Shown here piece by piece: positions 24,076-36,879 of a stretch of DNA of 64,000 bases. Source of the stretch: Malacoraja senta (lineage: Eukaryota); the NCBI GenBank assembly GCA_038087875.1, contig JAXLNO010000709.1:496001-560000 (forward strand). The letters run 5' to 3'. Each line of letters starts with the position of its first letter. Positions within the stretch are counted from its first letter, which is position 1. The notes below the pieces were generated by a model that searched no databases, was not told the origin of the DNA, and saw only the letters and a list, made by a program, of their open reading frames with translations. Made by a program: the position numbers and the translations under genes.

Positions 24076-25534
24076 CTAAAACGTGAATGGAATAACGAAT
24101 GGAAAAAACTAATTGTGTGCACAGGAATTCTCTCCTATATGCATAATTGAATAGGATTGAGATTTTCAATCTCCTTTGGTGAAATCAATGGCACTATAAC
24201 TTGAATCAGTACACAGTGAACATATGAAACAAATTAAAACCAAGAAAAACCATTGGACTCACCACCATTTGAACAGGATAATCTCTCATCTCTACACTTC
24301 CCTCTGCTTGTTCTAATTTTTAACCCTACCCGCCCCCACCCCCCCTCACCCCCCCTCTGCCTGCAACCCGCTTAGTCTGCAATAATGTATCATACTTTGC
24401 CGTTAAAAAAATATATAACAAAATTCTGCATCCTTCATCCTTAGATTCTTGATCAGTACGGGCGTCAGAGGTTATGGGGACAAGGCAGGAGAATGGGGTT
24501 AGGAGGGAGAGATAGATCAGCCATGATTGAATTGTGGAGTAGACTTAGAAATGTAGAAACATAGAAAATAGGTGCAGGAATAGACCATTCGGCTCTTTGA
24601 GTCAGCACCGCCATTCAAGATGATCATGGCTGATCGCCCAAAATCAGTACCCCGTTCCTGCGCTCTCCTTGATCCTTTGATTCCGGAATCCCTTGATTCC
24701 GTCTTGATGGGTCGAATGGTCTAATTCTGCTCCTATCATTTATGATCTTATGATACCTTGAGGACAGAAGGCTTCCATGGCTCACGACTTCATCTCAACC
24801 TGAGGTGGAACTCACTTTATTTTTAAGCGGCAGGTTGAGGCTATTCTTGGATCTGCTACTTGGATCACTCTACCGGATGATCTGTGTATCTGACTGGTGT
24901 TGTATATCTGACTTCTGTGTTGAATGCACAGATGCAGAGGTCAAAGATAAGGTGACCTGTAAGGAGGACAGTTCTGGCAGTTCTCTCTGCATCTCCTGCC
25001 AAAAAGATAAGTACAACTAGGGGGAAGGAAACTACTTTTATTGAAGTGTCTGGATAAAGGACCAATGGTCACTGTACACACTACAATCAAGGCTGAAATG
25101 CCAGATGGAAATTAAGTTAGCTTGGTGACATTGAGCTGAGCTTTTTAAAAACTGTGAACTGAAGAAAGGAATATGACTAAGAGATTTTTTTTTAATCCAG
25201 TTTTGAAATACAGGAAATATTTGTGCTAGTTTGTTAGTTTAATTTTTCTTTGGTATTGGGGTGTGGCGAAGAAACAGCATGTGGGACATTGAACATTTCA
25301 ACTAATTACAATGTTAATACTAGTTAGTTAGTTTAGTTTATTGTCCTGTGTACCGATGTACAGTGAAAAGCTTTTTGTTGCGTGCTATCCAGTCAGCGGA
25401 AAGACTGTATATGGTTAAAATCGAGCTCTCCGTAGTGTACAGATAGAAGATAAAGAGAATAACGTTTAGTGTGACAGATCTGAAAGGAACGCATCGTTAA
25501 AATAAGAAATTTTGCTGTTGGAGTAGAGGCTTAA

Positions 25535-26136
25535 GAAACACTTTAATTCCCCTTCCCATTCCCACACAGACCTTTCTGTCCTGGGTCTCTTCCATTGTCA
25601 GAATGAGGCTAAGCGCAAATTGGAGGAACAGCATCTCATATTTCACTTGGGCAGCTTACAGCCCATTTCTCTCACTTCAGGTATCCCTGGCATTCCCTCT
25701 CTCTCTATCCCTCCCCCACCCAAGTCGCACTAGCTTCTTGTTTTCACCCAACAAACAGCTAACAATGGCCTGAAGGTAGATAAAAATGCTGGAGAAACTC
25801 AGCGGGTGAGGCAGCATCCATGGAGCAAAGGGAAAGGTGACGTTTCGGGTCGAGACCCTTCTTCAGACGCCTTTTCCAGCATCTGCAGTTCCTTCGCTAA
25901 CAATGGCCTGTATCATTGTTACTTTTTAGAATATCTTTTATTCATTGTTCTTTATCTCTCTACATCATCGTCTATATCTCTCATTTCCCTTATCCCTAAC
26001 CAGTCTGAAAAAGGGTCTCAACACGAAACGTCGCCCATTCCTTCTCTCCAGAGATGCTGCCTGTCCCGCTGAGTTATTCCAGCTATTTGTATCTTATCTT
26101 CGGTTTAAACCAGCATCTGCAATTCCTTCCTACACA
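25535..26136 (+). mobile_element. Penelope-like 3' fragment with a nested second pLTR insertion (25773-25895)
   Basis: HFNSPSHSHTDLSVLGLFHCQNEAKRKLEEQHLIFHLGSLQP; inner insert flanked by the 15-bp TSD gctaacaatggcctg (25758-72, 25896-910). Confidence 0.85.
25836..25868 (-). ncRNA. Minimal hammerhead ribozyme motif
   Basis: Reverse complement reads GU-CUGAAGA-A-GGGUCUCGACCC-GAAAC-GUC-ACC, an intact core with a GUC cleavage triplet. Confidence 0.75.
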
Positions 26137-26874
26137 AGAGAGTGGAGCAAGTGTAATGAGTGAATGCAGGTCAACTTCTAGGACCAGAACGGAGAGAGTC
26201 ACCAGGCTTAGGCACCAAGAAATAAAGACCGGAGTAGTGACTGAGTTTCGTAGTACACAGTTGAGTTAAGCTATGCTCAGACATGTATTAATGGAAAAAG
26301 TTTGTTGATTTAAACCATGCACTGAGAATAAGTGTGACCACAGAGTAGTGGTGTGATTGCAGTGGGCTCCTGAACTGGGAGATTAATGTTGGCTCAGAGC
26401 TGGAGAACAAAATCGGGAGTGGTTGCACATAATACTGCCAATTCCTCTGGGTGTTATTTTGTTCTGCCAAACCTTTCCCCTCTTTATTTTCTTTCCAGCC
26501 ACCTCCAAACAGTATATTTTAGAAAAGATGCAAGTACAAGTGTAGGAAATTTGATAACATTTAAAACATTTTGAAAATATGACAATTTATGCAATCTATG
26601 CTATTACCAATGTCCATATGATATTATTAATAGAATAGATTTATTGCTGCCCTCTTCATATTAACTGGTTGCAACTCACCACGAGTATAACTGTATGTGA
26701 ATAGATGAATGCTGATCCTCCCAATACTTCATAACTGACTAATGTAAAAAGCCGCTGACAACTCTCACAAGAAATGATAAACTAGATACTTTTTATGTAG
26801 GAGTGTCTACTGGGAACACTATGTTTGACAGTCTGATTAAAGATTCATGTTGCTTGCTGACACAAGCTGCATGT

Positions 26875-27470
26875 AGAGTCATAGAGTCATACGGCATGGA
26901 AACAGGCCCTTTGGTACAACCCGTCCACGTCGACCAAGATGCCTATTTAATCTAGTCCCATTTGCCTGTATTTGTCTCAAAAAATATACCAGCTCAAAGG
27001 TCTTAAATGTTGCCATTGACCTGCCTCGACCACTTTCACTGGCAGACCATTCCATATACGTACCACACTGTGTATGAAAAGGTTTGTATGATAGACTGTG
27101 TATTCTCCCTACCTTAGTCCCTCATGATTGTATACATCTATACACTTTAAGGCATAAGGTCTTACCCTGCCCACCCTCTTCCTATACTTCAGTTCCCTGC
27201 AGCATCCTCATAAATCTTTTCTGCACACTCTCCAGGTTAATTGCACATTTTCCATAGCAGGAAATAGCAGGAAAAACCTGAGTACAATAATCCATGCACG
27301 CCTCACCAATGTATTGTACAATGGCAACATAAATCCAAACTTTTATATTCACTGCCCTGACCGATGAAGGCCAGCATGCCCAAAGCATTCTTCACCATCC
27401 AGTCTACCTGTGATGCCCTTTCAGGGAACTATGTACTCTCAGATCCCCGTGTTCTGCAACACACCTCAGT
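26875..27470 (-). mobile_element. CR1/HER1-type LINE 3' fragment (diverged)
   Basis: INLESVQKRFMRML; (gactctat) tail and gggcctgtttcc motif. Confidence 0.7.
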
Positions 27471-27859
27471 GCCCTACTGTGAAAGTAATCCACAAGTCTT
27501 TCTAATATTCTTATATTTCTTACTTTGTCGGCCTAGAATTTTGATAAAGGCTTTGTTTTAGAACTTTGTGATTAATAATAAAGGCTTAATTGAAACATCA
27601 AATCATGTTGTGTCAGAAACCGTGGATATATCTAAATTAACAGGACAACAGAAAGAACCTCTGAAGCACTGCAACGTACATTTATTCACCCCGCAGATGA
27701 GGAAATGGGTGTTCCTCACTTATAGTATATATATAGTTATTCATTTTACATCAAATCTAAATAGTAATAGGTGCAAGATAATGTAAAACAATATCATCAA
27801 CAACGAGTGAATTCCCAATTACTTGAGGCTTTCTCCATGCAAATAGATTGATAGGAGAC

Positions 27860-28445
27860 TGACACAGAATGCTGGAGTAACTCGGCGAGACGAGCAGCAT
27901 CTCTGGAGAGAAGGAATGGGTGAAGTTTCGGGTCAAGACCCTTCTTCAGACTGAGATTCAGGCAGAGGGAGGTACAGAGATAATGAAGAGGGAGACACCG
28001 AGGTAAGGAAGTGTAAGGTGTGTAAACGAGAAATCAAAGTGGCTCAGAGAGGGAGCAGCAAGAGAGGATGTTGCAGAACTCTTGTCGGAGAGGGAGGCAG
28101 AACAAGTAGACATACTTTGAGGAGCTTTCACAATGAAGCAGACAAAATGTGTAGGGAGGAACTGCAGATGCTGGTTTACATTGAAGATAGACACATAATG
28201 CTAACTCAGCGGGATTAGAGTTATGTTACTTTGAAGAAGTTCTCCTCTCCAATGAGAGTTCTACAACATCCCCCTCTGCCCTTTGATGTCTTGATTTCAC
28301 ACCTTACACTTCCTTATCTCTGTGTCTCCCTCTTCCCTGACTCTCAGTGTGAAGAACGATCTTGACCAAAAACGTTACCCATTCCTTTCATCCAGAGATG
28401 CATTCTGTTCCATTGAGTTACTCCAGCATTTTGTGTCTATCTTTG
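27860..28445. mobile_element. Penelope-like inverted pLTR structure with a nested partial pLTR
   Basis: Arm 27860-28025 is the reverse complement of arm 28295-28445; degenerate hammerhead cores. Confidence 0.7.
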
Positions 28446-28964
28446 ATAGCAGACTATCTTCCACTACTGAAGCACAAATATTTTATTTTTGCTGCTCTGA
28501 TTTATGGTTACAAAAATCTCAATTAATTTGCTGAAACTGTCACACATCTTCTTCATGTCTGCCTGCTTGGATGCTAGAATGCAATGCACTTTTTTGACCA
28601 TCCCATGCAGAGAAGAATTCAATATTAAACTGTGAAAGAGAGATGGGAGTGCAAAAAACAGCCAACAAAAGGTTGATATAATTGGTCAGATTGCGGCATT
28701 AGCAGCTTTCTATATCTTCCATTTTTCCAGAGTGCAGACTTGAAGTTTGCCTTCTGGATTAAGATCTTGTACCTCTTGCTGTTGAACAATAAAAGCTTCG
28801 AGTAACCTCAAGGGAACTGTGTTATAAAGACTTACTTGGAATATCAATGAGTAGTTGAACAGACAGCGATGAAGCTGTGAATGTTCAGCATTTGATATAA
28901 AACTTTTAGGATTCAACCCATTCTTAGAAAAAGCATTGTTTCCTCAAGGCCTGTTAGGTCAAAG

Positions 28965-29400
28965 AGCCATACAATCTAGAAACAGGCCCATCGTTCCAAC
29001 TTGCCCACACTGACCAACATTGTCCCATCTACATTAGTCCCATCTGTCTGCATTTGGCCCTTATCCCACTAAACCTGTCCTATCCATATAGCCATGTAAA
29101 TGTTTCTTGAATGTTGTGATCATATCTGCCACAACTACCTCCTCCGGTACCTCCATACACCCACCACACTTTGTGTGAAAAGGTTACCCCTCAGATTCTT
29201 ATTAAAACTCCCCCTTCACCTTAAACCTATGTCCTCTGATGCTTGATTCCCCTAATCTGAACAAGAGACTGTGCATCTACCCAATCTATTCCTATCATGA
29301 TTTTGTACACTTCTATAAGATCACTCCTCATCCTACTTCGCTCCAAGGTATAGCGTCAGATCCTGCTCTCCCATTAACTCAGGCCCTCGAGTCCTGGCAA
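28965..29400 (-). mobile_element. CR1/HER1-type LINE 3' fragment
   Basis: Same family as 36345-36720, in reverse orientation. Confidence 0.75.
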
Positions 29401-29804
29401 CATGTCTTTTGTTTCTATCTAGCAGAGGTATGGGTTCCACTTTAAACCTTTCAGTTTGAATAATGCAAAATTAAAAAAAAACTAAACTTAATTTTGTATT
29501 TTCAAGTTTGAAATTTGAAATTTAATTTTCAAGTTTGGATCCAGCCTGTCTTGAAGTACCCAGATGTTTGATTATATCATACGGGCAAGTTATCAACATT
29601 GTTGGTATGTAGATAAGATGCTAGTTTTTCAACTATCTGCACCCATGTTTAAAAGATCTAGTCATGTAGCACAGAGCTTTTCCAACTGAACTCAGAATGA
29701 CCTACCATAAATCATAGTTTCCAAGAAATACATTTAATTAGTACATTTGGAGATAGGACTGCCATGTGCTGATGCAAGTGACTCTGACATATTGAGCTAC
29801 CAAG

Positions 29805-30145
29805 TGAGGATGAATTTCTAGCTTAGTGGGAGAGTCTGCGACTAGTGGTCATAGCCTCCGAATTAAAGGATGTTCTTTTCGGAAGGAGATGAGGAGAAAT
29901 GTCTTTAGTCACCACCCTCTGTGGTGAATCTGTGGAATTCTTTGCCACAGAAGGCTGTGGAGGCCTAGTCAGTGGGTATCTTTTAAGGCAGAGATAGATA
30001 GATTCTTGATTAGTATGGGCATCAGAGGTTATGGGGAAAAGGCAGGTGAATGGGATTAGGAGGGAGAGACAGATCAGCCATGATTGAATGGCTGAGTAGA
30101 CTTGATGGGACGAAAGGTCTAATTCTACTCCTATCACTTATGACC
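29805..30145 (+). mobile_element. CR1-clade LINE 3' fragment
   Basis: ggagagtct..gactag..ggtcatagcctc...ttatggggaaaaggcagg 3' UTR. Confidence 0.8.
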
Positions 30146-30526
30146 TTAATGCCAACAGACTGATTTGCCAATTCAACAATACATTGCAGTCTCTTCTTCT
30201 TGACTGCTGGTGATCTTTGTTCTCTCTAGCTCTGACTGTTCCATTTTCTCAACTTGCTTCCTTCAGAAACACCATCCACAGATTCTGCTGCCCATTCCCA
30301 AAACCCATTCACCCTTCATCATTTGTTCATTGGTTTTCACTGATTACTGGGCCATGCCACTGTGTGCCCTTCTCCAGTTCCACAAACCTCTGAGATATCC
30401 ATGTCCTTCCCAGTCTAGATTCCTGTGAAACCTAATCTTTCCATGAATGGTGGGCATATTACCAGTTGTCTTAGGCCTACGCAAAGGGATTCTTTCCCTG
30501 AACAATCTTGTCTCTCCAACTAGAGA

Positions 30527-30857
30527 GGGCGACACGGTGGTGCAGAAGTAGAGTTACTGCCTTACAGCGCTTGCAGCGCTGGAGACCCGGGTTTGATCCT
30601 GTCGATGGGTGCTGTCTGTACGGAGTTTGTATGTTCTCCCTGTGACCATGTGGGTTTTCTCCAAGATCTTTGGTTTCCTCCCACGCTCCAAAGACGTACG
30701 GGTTTATAGGTAAATTAGCATGGTGTAAGTGTAAATTGTCCCTAGTGTGTGTGGGATAGTGTGGGATAGTGTTCATGTGTGGGGATTGCTGGTCGTTGCG
30801 TACTGGTGGGCCGAAGGGCCGGTTTCCGCGCTGGATCTCTAAACTAAACTAAACTAA
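30527..30857 (+). mobile_element. HE1-like SINE
   Basis: A/B boxes, core, (taaac)n tail. Confidence 0.85.
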
Positions 30858-31124
30858 AACCAAATTAAACTTCATGGTTGAAGGCAGCGCTTCTGAAGTT
30901 TTGAAGGCGATTAAATTAAGAGATGAGAAAGAGAGTTTGAAAGGTAAGCAGAGCAGGAAAAGGTTACAGAGAAAGGGAGGACTGAGATCATGAAGATATT
31001 GGACAAGAAGGATGATAGTTTTAACAATAAAGCATGGGTGGGCTGAAAGAGTATGTAGATCAGCAATGTCTTGAACAAGAGCAAAGTACAAAGTGCTGGA
31101 GGAACTCAGCAAGTCAGGCAGCAA

Positions 31125-31928
31125 TGTCAAGTCAAGTCAAACCAAGAGAATTTATTGTCATGTGTCCCAGATAGGACAATGAAATTCTTGCTTGCTGCAG
31201 CACAACAGAGTATTGTAAGCATAAATACAGAACAGTTCAGTGCGTCTATATAGCATAGACTGTATATATACACATAAATAAACAGATAAAGTGCAATAGG
31301 CTGTTATAGTTCAGAGTTTGTATGAGGGCGAGTTTAATAGCCAGATGGCTGTGGGGAAGTAGCTGTTCCTGAACCTGGATGTACCAGATTTCAGGCTCCT
31401 ATTGCTTCTACATGATGGCAGCAGAGAGATGAGTGTGTGGCCAGGATGGTGTGGGTCCTTGATGATGTTGGCAGCCTTTTTGAGGCAGCGACTGCGATAG
31501 ATCCCTTCGATGGTGGGGAGGTCAGAGGCGATGATGAACTGGGCAGTGGTCACAACTTTCTGCATTCTTTTCCGCTCCTGGACGCTCAAGTTGCTGAACC
31601 AAGCCACGATGCAACCAGTCAGTATGCTTTCTACTGTGCACCTGTAGAAGTTTGAGAGAGTCTTCTTTGACATACCGACTCTCTGTAATCTTCTCAGGAA
31701 GTAGAGGCGCTGATGTGCTTTCTTTATAATTGCACCGGGACCAGGAAAGATCTTCGGAAATAAGCACGCCCAGGAATTTGAAGTTCTTGACCCTTTCCAC
31801 CATCGTCCCGTTGATATAAACGGGATTGTGGGTCCATATCCTACCCCTTCCAAAGTCCACAATCAGTTCCTTGGTTTTGTTGGTGTTGAGAGCCAGGTTA
31901 TTGTTCTGGCACCATTTGGTCAATTGTT
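31125..31928 (-). mobile_element. Rex1/Babar-clade LINE, 5'-truncated
   Basis: WCQNNNLALNTNKTKELIVDF...KKAHQRLYFLRRL...FYRCTVESILTGCI..WF...IIKDPHHPGH; (ttgac)n tail; flanked by a 61-bp direct duplication. Confidence 0.85.
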
Positions 31929-32816
31929 CAATGTCTTGAACAAGAGCAAAATACAAAGTGCTGGAGGAACTCAGCGAGTCAGGCAGCAACTGTGGAGGGA
32001 ATTGACAGAAGATGTTTCATGTTGGGACTCTTTTTCAGACTGATCTGGTGTGTTCCTCCAGCACTTTTATTTGCTCATGATTCCAGCATCTGCAGTCTCC
32101 TATATCTCACTTGAACAAGAGTTAGCGTGACTTAGGAAACCGGCAGCAGTGTTTTTTAGAAGACCCCTCAACCGATATGGCAGAGTTGCAATAACAAATG
32201 AAGGTTGGAAACAATGTTCGTACCACAAGAGCAGAATTATTACTCCTGGAATACGAGAAAAAAAATCCTCCTTTCACTTCCTTCAAAAAAGGATATTTAT
32301 TTACTGAATAAAGTAAATAATTTGACAATATGTTAACACTCAAGCATATAATTCATAAAAGGTTGCGTATATGATTCAGAAACGTTATATGCTTACTTTA
32401 CATTAAGAATTTAGCAAAGAGATTAAACTATGTAAACATTTGTCTCAAGTCAGAAAATAAAGACCACATTATGATACAATGATAAATAGCGTATGAGAAC
32501 TCCTGGTGATTTTAAATGTTCAAACATATGGAGTTGCTGTTTTATCAAGATTTTAATTTTTCTTTAGTAAGTTTTAAAAAAATTAAATGATGATAATGTA
32601 GTTTATTTCTTTGAATGATTGTTAAAATCAAGTTTGTTCAATTGACGAATTTTTAAGAAACTTCGACCTTGAAAGGTTATAACCCAAATTTTGCCTGCCA
32701 CAGTTACAAAAATAACGAATAGCTTTAATTTACTGAGAAAACTTCATGAACAATAAATATTGTTTGCTGTTGGATAAGCTTCAGCAATCTAATATTATAT
32801 TGCAAAAATCAGATCG

Positions 32817-33446
32817 TCTCTCACACCCCCCCGCTGCTGAAAGACTCATCCATGCCTTCATCTCCTCCCGACTGGACTACTGTAACTCTCTTCTTTTCGG
32901 AATCAATTCCAGCAGCATCAAACGACTCCAACTGGTCCAAAATGCAGCCGCTCGACTCATTACCCACACCAAATCCTGGCACCACATCACCCCAGTTCTC
33001 AAAGAACTTCACTGGCTTCCCATTTCCCACCAGATCACCTACAAAATCCTGGTCCTCACCTACAAAGCCCTCAACAACCTGGCCCCTCCTTATCTCATTG
33101 ACCTCCTCTCCCCCTACCAACCCTCACGGTCCCTCAAATCCACATCAGCTGGTCTCCTCGCCACTCCGAAATCAAACCTCTGCACTTTTGGAGGCAGAGC
33201 CTTCTCCAGGGCAGCTCCCAGGCTCTGGAATTCCCTCCCACAACCGGTCCGAAATTCTGAGTCCCTCACCATCTTCCAGTCCCGCCTCAAGACCCATCTC
33301 TTCACCTCTGCATACCCTTAGTCCCATGTTCCCCTCCCCTCTGTCTTACTGCTCTATTTTGTTTTGTTTATTCCTGACTCTCAATTGTAAAGCGACTGAG
33401 TCTTGAAAAGCGCTATATAAATAAAATCTATTATTATTATTATTAT
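32817..33446 (+). mobile_element. L2-clade LINE 3' fragment
   Basis: LIHAFISSRLDYCNSLL...LQLVQNAAARL...HITPVLKELHWLP...AAPRLWNSLP; stem-loop tail aaagcg...aagcgctatataaat plus (att)n. Confidence 0.9.
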
Positions 33447-33649
33447 ATTCAACATCAACTAACTGCTTTGTCATGCATCATACAACATGATTAAACTGTA
33501 TTAAGCCCCTGTTATCAAACGTTATGGGGAGAAGGCAGGATAATGGGGTTAGGAGGGAGAGATAAACAACAGGTGCAGGAATAGGCCATTCGGACCTTCA
33601 AGCCAGCACCACCATTCAATGTGATCATGATCAGCCATTAATTAATTAA

Positions 33650-34190
33650 TTGCCAGGACTTGAGGGCCTGGGCTACAGGGAGAGGTTGGGCAGGATAGGA
33701 CTTTGAAGGTCTTGACGCAAAACGTCACCCATTCTCTCCAGAGATTCTGCCTGAACGGCTGAGTTACTCCAGCTTTTTGTGTCGATCTTCGGTTTAATCC
33801 AGCATCTGCAGTTCTTTCTGACACACTAGGTCTTTATTAATTGGAGCACAGGAGGTATGAGGGGTGAATGCACAGTCTTTTGTCCAGAGTAGGGGAATCA
33901 CAAAACAGAGGACATGGATTTAGGTGAGAGGGGAAAGATTTGATGGGAACCTGAAAGGCAACTTTTTCACACAGAGGGTGGTGGGTATATGGAATGAGCT
34001 GCCAGAGGAGGTAGTTGAGACAGGGACTATAACAACATTCCAAGGACCTTTGAACAGATACATGGGTAAGAATGGATACGGGGGCAAACGCAGGCAGGTG
34101 GAACTAGAGTAGATAGGGCATCTTGGTCGGCATGGGCAAGTTGGGCTGAAGGGCCTGTTTCCATGCTGTATGACTCTGAGTCTCTATGAC
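33650..34190 (+). mobile_element. CR1/HER1-type LINE 3' fragment with a nested Penelope pLTR (about 33705-33826)
   Basis: GNFFTQRVVGIWNELPEEVV; tail gggcctgtttccatgctgtatgactct. Confidence 0.8.
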
Positions 34191-34772
34191 TTTGTAGCAC
34201 AATGGACCCCATTCAACTGAACATTAAGCATCTTTTCTTTTATCGCCTATAATGGCCATTGAAAACTATTTATTTTCATTTTGAATTGTTGCTAAACTAT
34301 GAATGAACCCATTGAGTTAATTTTATTTGTTGTTCAAAGTGGGTCAGTTTTTGCTCATAAGCAACAGAAGCACCCAAATAAATAGAACCACCCACAACAA
34401 CAATAACATATTAACGACGGAATAATAGTTGCCTCGGAGAAAGTTACAATCATTGGGTTCAGATGAAGCCATAAAACATAGAAAGTCAGCAGTTTTGTAA
34501 CATCCATCCAAGAAAACTCTTTGTCTATTGGAACAAGCTACCCTCCAGTTGCCATTAGTTCCAATGGTTTCTTCCACCATTGCCAAGTTTCGCCAGTGGG
34601 ATGCCATCATGTGACGGGGAGAAAAAAGCTGAGGTGTACTTATTGCAGAATGTTATCAGAATATTAATTAAGCAATAATGAGAGCAGCAGATGACTGAAG
34701 ATATGTTGTGATAGAGGAACATTTCTGCGCATACCAGATGTAAATAACACGGATGACCTCTTGTGTCAGCAG

Positions 34773-35370
34773 TCTTCTTCTTCTTGTGTATGGCGTGCAC
34801 AGCCTAAAGTTGTAGATCAAGGGTAGACATCCAGGTCAGGACAGCATCAGTTACTGGGTGAATGGCTTTGATGTCACCAGGGAAAAGCCTCAGTGGGCAG
34901 TCATTCACGATGTGTGGGATGGTCTAATCTGGATGTCCGCAGTCGCAAGCAGGGCTGTCTGTCATCCCCCACATGCAGGTGATGGGCTGTTCTTGCATGG
35001 AGGGTGTGGATTCTGTTCAGTGTTAGCCATTGCTTGTGATGGAGGTCAAATCCCGGTGGTTTCACTGTAGGGTCTGTGATGACCTCTCCGTTGTTGGTGT
35101 TGGCATCTTTGCAGGCTCTGTGCCACTCAGTCTTGGTGTCAAAGTCTTCCAGGGATTTGACTGAGACCAGAAGGGTTTGTGGGACTTCAGGCGCATGCTG
35201 GGCAGATTGTTCAAGTCAGCATGGATGGGAAGGTCAGGGTTAGCCTCGATGGGGCACCAATCTTTCAACATCCTCTCCCTTCTGCGTATGCTGGGAGGGG
35301 CGATATGAGAGAGGACAGGGAGCCACTGCAAAGGTGTTGACTTAAGTGTCTCTGCGATGACCCACATTGC
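34773..35370 (-). mobile_element. Vingi/Ingi-like (I-group) non-LTR retrotransposon 3' fragment
   Basis: LKSTPLQWLPVLSHIAPPSIRR...RLKSHKPFW, then WLTLNRIHT...DSPACDCGHPD*TIPHIVNDCP (zinc knuckle); (aag)n tail. Confidence 0.6.
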
Positions 35371-36007
35371 AAAGTTTAGAGATAATCAACAGTGATTTAG
35401 TTTGTCACAGAAAATAAAGCAGTACAGCACCTGAACCGGCCTGACAATGTCCATGTCAAATGTGATACTAAGTTAAACTGATCTCCTCTGCCTGCATGAG
35501 ATCCATGCCTCTCCATTCCCTGCATATCCACATGCCCATCTAAAACCCTTGTTAATGCCACTATCAACTCTGCCTCCACCACCATCCCTGGCAGCTTGTT
35601 CCAAGCACGTGTCAAAAAAACCTTGCCCTGCACATCTCCTTTAAATGTTGTCCCTCTCAATTGAAAGCTATGCCCTCTAGTCTTTTACATTCCCTTCCTG
35701 GGGAGCAACGGTTCTCACAGTCTACCCCATCTATGCCTGACTAACCTCCAACCAAAAGGTTTGGATTTAAGTTCTACTGCGGAGACAGGAAGATATAAAT
35801 TTGATGCAGTACTGAGGGAGTTCTGCATTAACAGATTTGCCAACCTTCAGAGTTCTCTCTGTGAAGCTGGTTTCTGCTTTGAATATCTTGAATTTAATCC
35901 TATATCAATCGGCCCTTATCTTTGATCCTTAACTACTATAAACATTACATTGGTATTTACCCTGCTGGATCATTTCACAATCTTAACGACCTGATTATGT
36001 CTGTATT

Positions 36008-36345
36008 GTAGATAAACACAAAATGCTGGAGCATCTCTGGAGAGAAGGAATGGGTGACGTTTTGGGTCGAGACCCTTCTTCAGTCTGAAGTTTTGGATCA
36101 AGACCCTTCTTCAGTCTGAAGAAGGATCTCGACCAAAAACGTCACCCATTCCTTCTCTCCAGCGATGTTGCCTGTCCCGTTTAAACTTTGGTTTAAACTG
36201 CAGATGCTAGTTTAAACCAAAGAGAGACACAAAAATGCTGGAGTAACTCAGCTGGAATGGCAGCATCTCTGGAGAGAAAGAATGGGTGATGTTTCGGGTC
36301 GAGACCCTTCGGGACGTCTGAAAAAGGGTCACGACCCGAAACGGG
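36008..36345. mobile_element. Cluster of Penelope-like inverted pLTR pairs
   Basis: Several back-to-back gggtcgagacccttcttcag / ctgaagaagg...gacc units. Confidence 0.75.
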
Positions 36346-36720
36346 ATGATCTTATAGAGGTGTATAAAATCATGAGAGGAATAGATTGGGTATATGCACA
36401 GAATTTCTTGCCCAGAGTAGGGGAATCGAAGACCAGAGGACATAGGTTCAAGGTAAAAGGGAAAAGATTTAATCTGAGGGGTAACTTTTTCACACAAAGG
36501 TTGGTGGGTGTATGGAACAAGCGGCCAGAGGAGGTAGTTGAGGCTGTTTAAGAAACGGTTTAAGAATATTTAAGAAACAGTAGGACAAGACACGTTTGGA
36601 GGGATATGGACCAAGCGCAGACAGGTGGGACTAGTGTAGCTGGGACATGTTGACCGGTGTGGGCAAGTTGGGCCAAAGGGCCTGTTTCCACACTACATCA
36701 CTCTATGACTCTGACTCTAT
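36345..36720 (+). mobile_element. CR1/HER1-type LINE 3' fragment
   Basis: DDLIEVYKIMRGID...ESKTRGHRFKVKG...GNFFTQRLVGVWN; (gactct) tail. Confidence 0.88.
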
Positions 36721-36879
36721 GAGAGCTCTGGTTACACAGGACCCGGCCCCACAACGTTCACTGCTGACACATCCCTACACGCAAGGAACTGCAGATGCTG
36801 GAATCTTGAGCAAAACACAAACTCCTGGAGGAACTCACCCTGACGTGCTGAGTTTTTCCAACATTTTGTGACAAATCCC

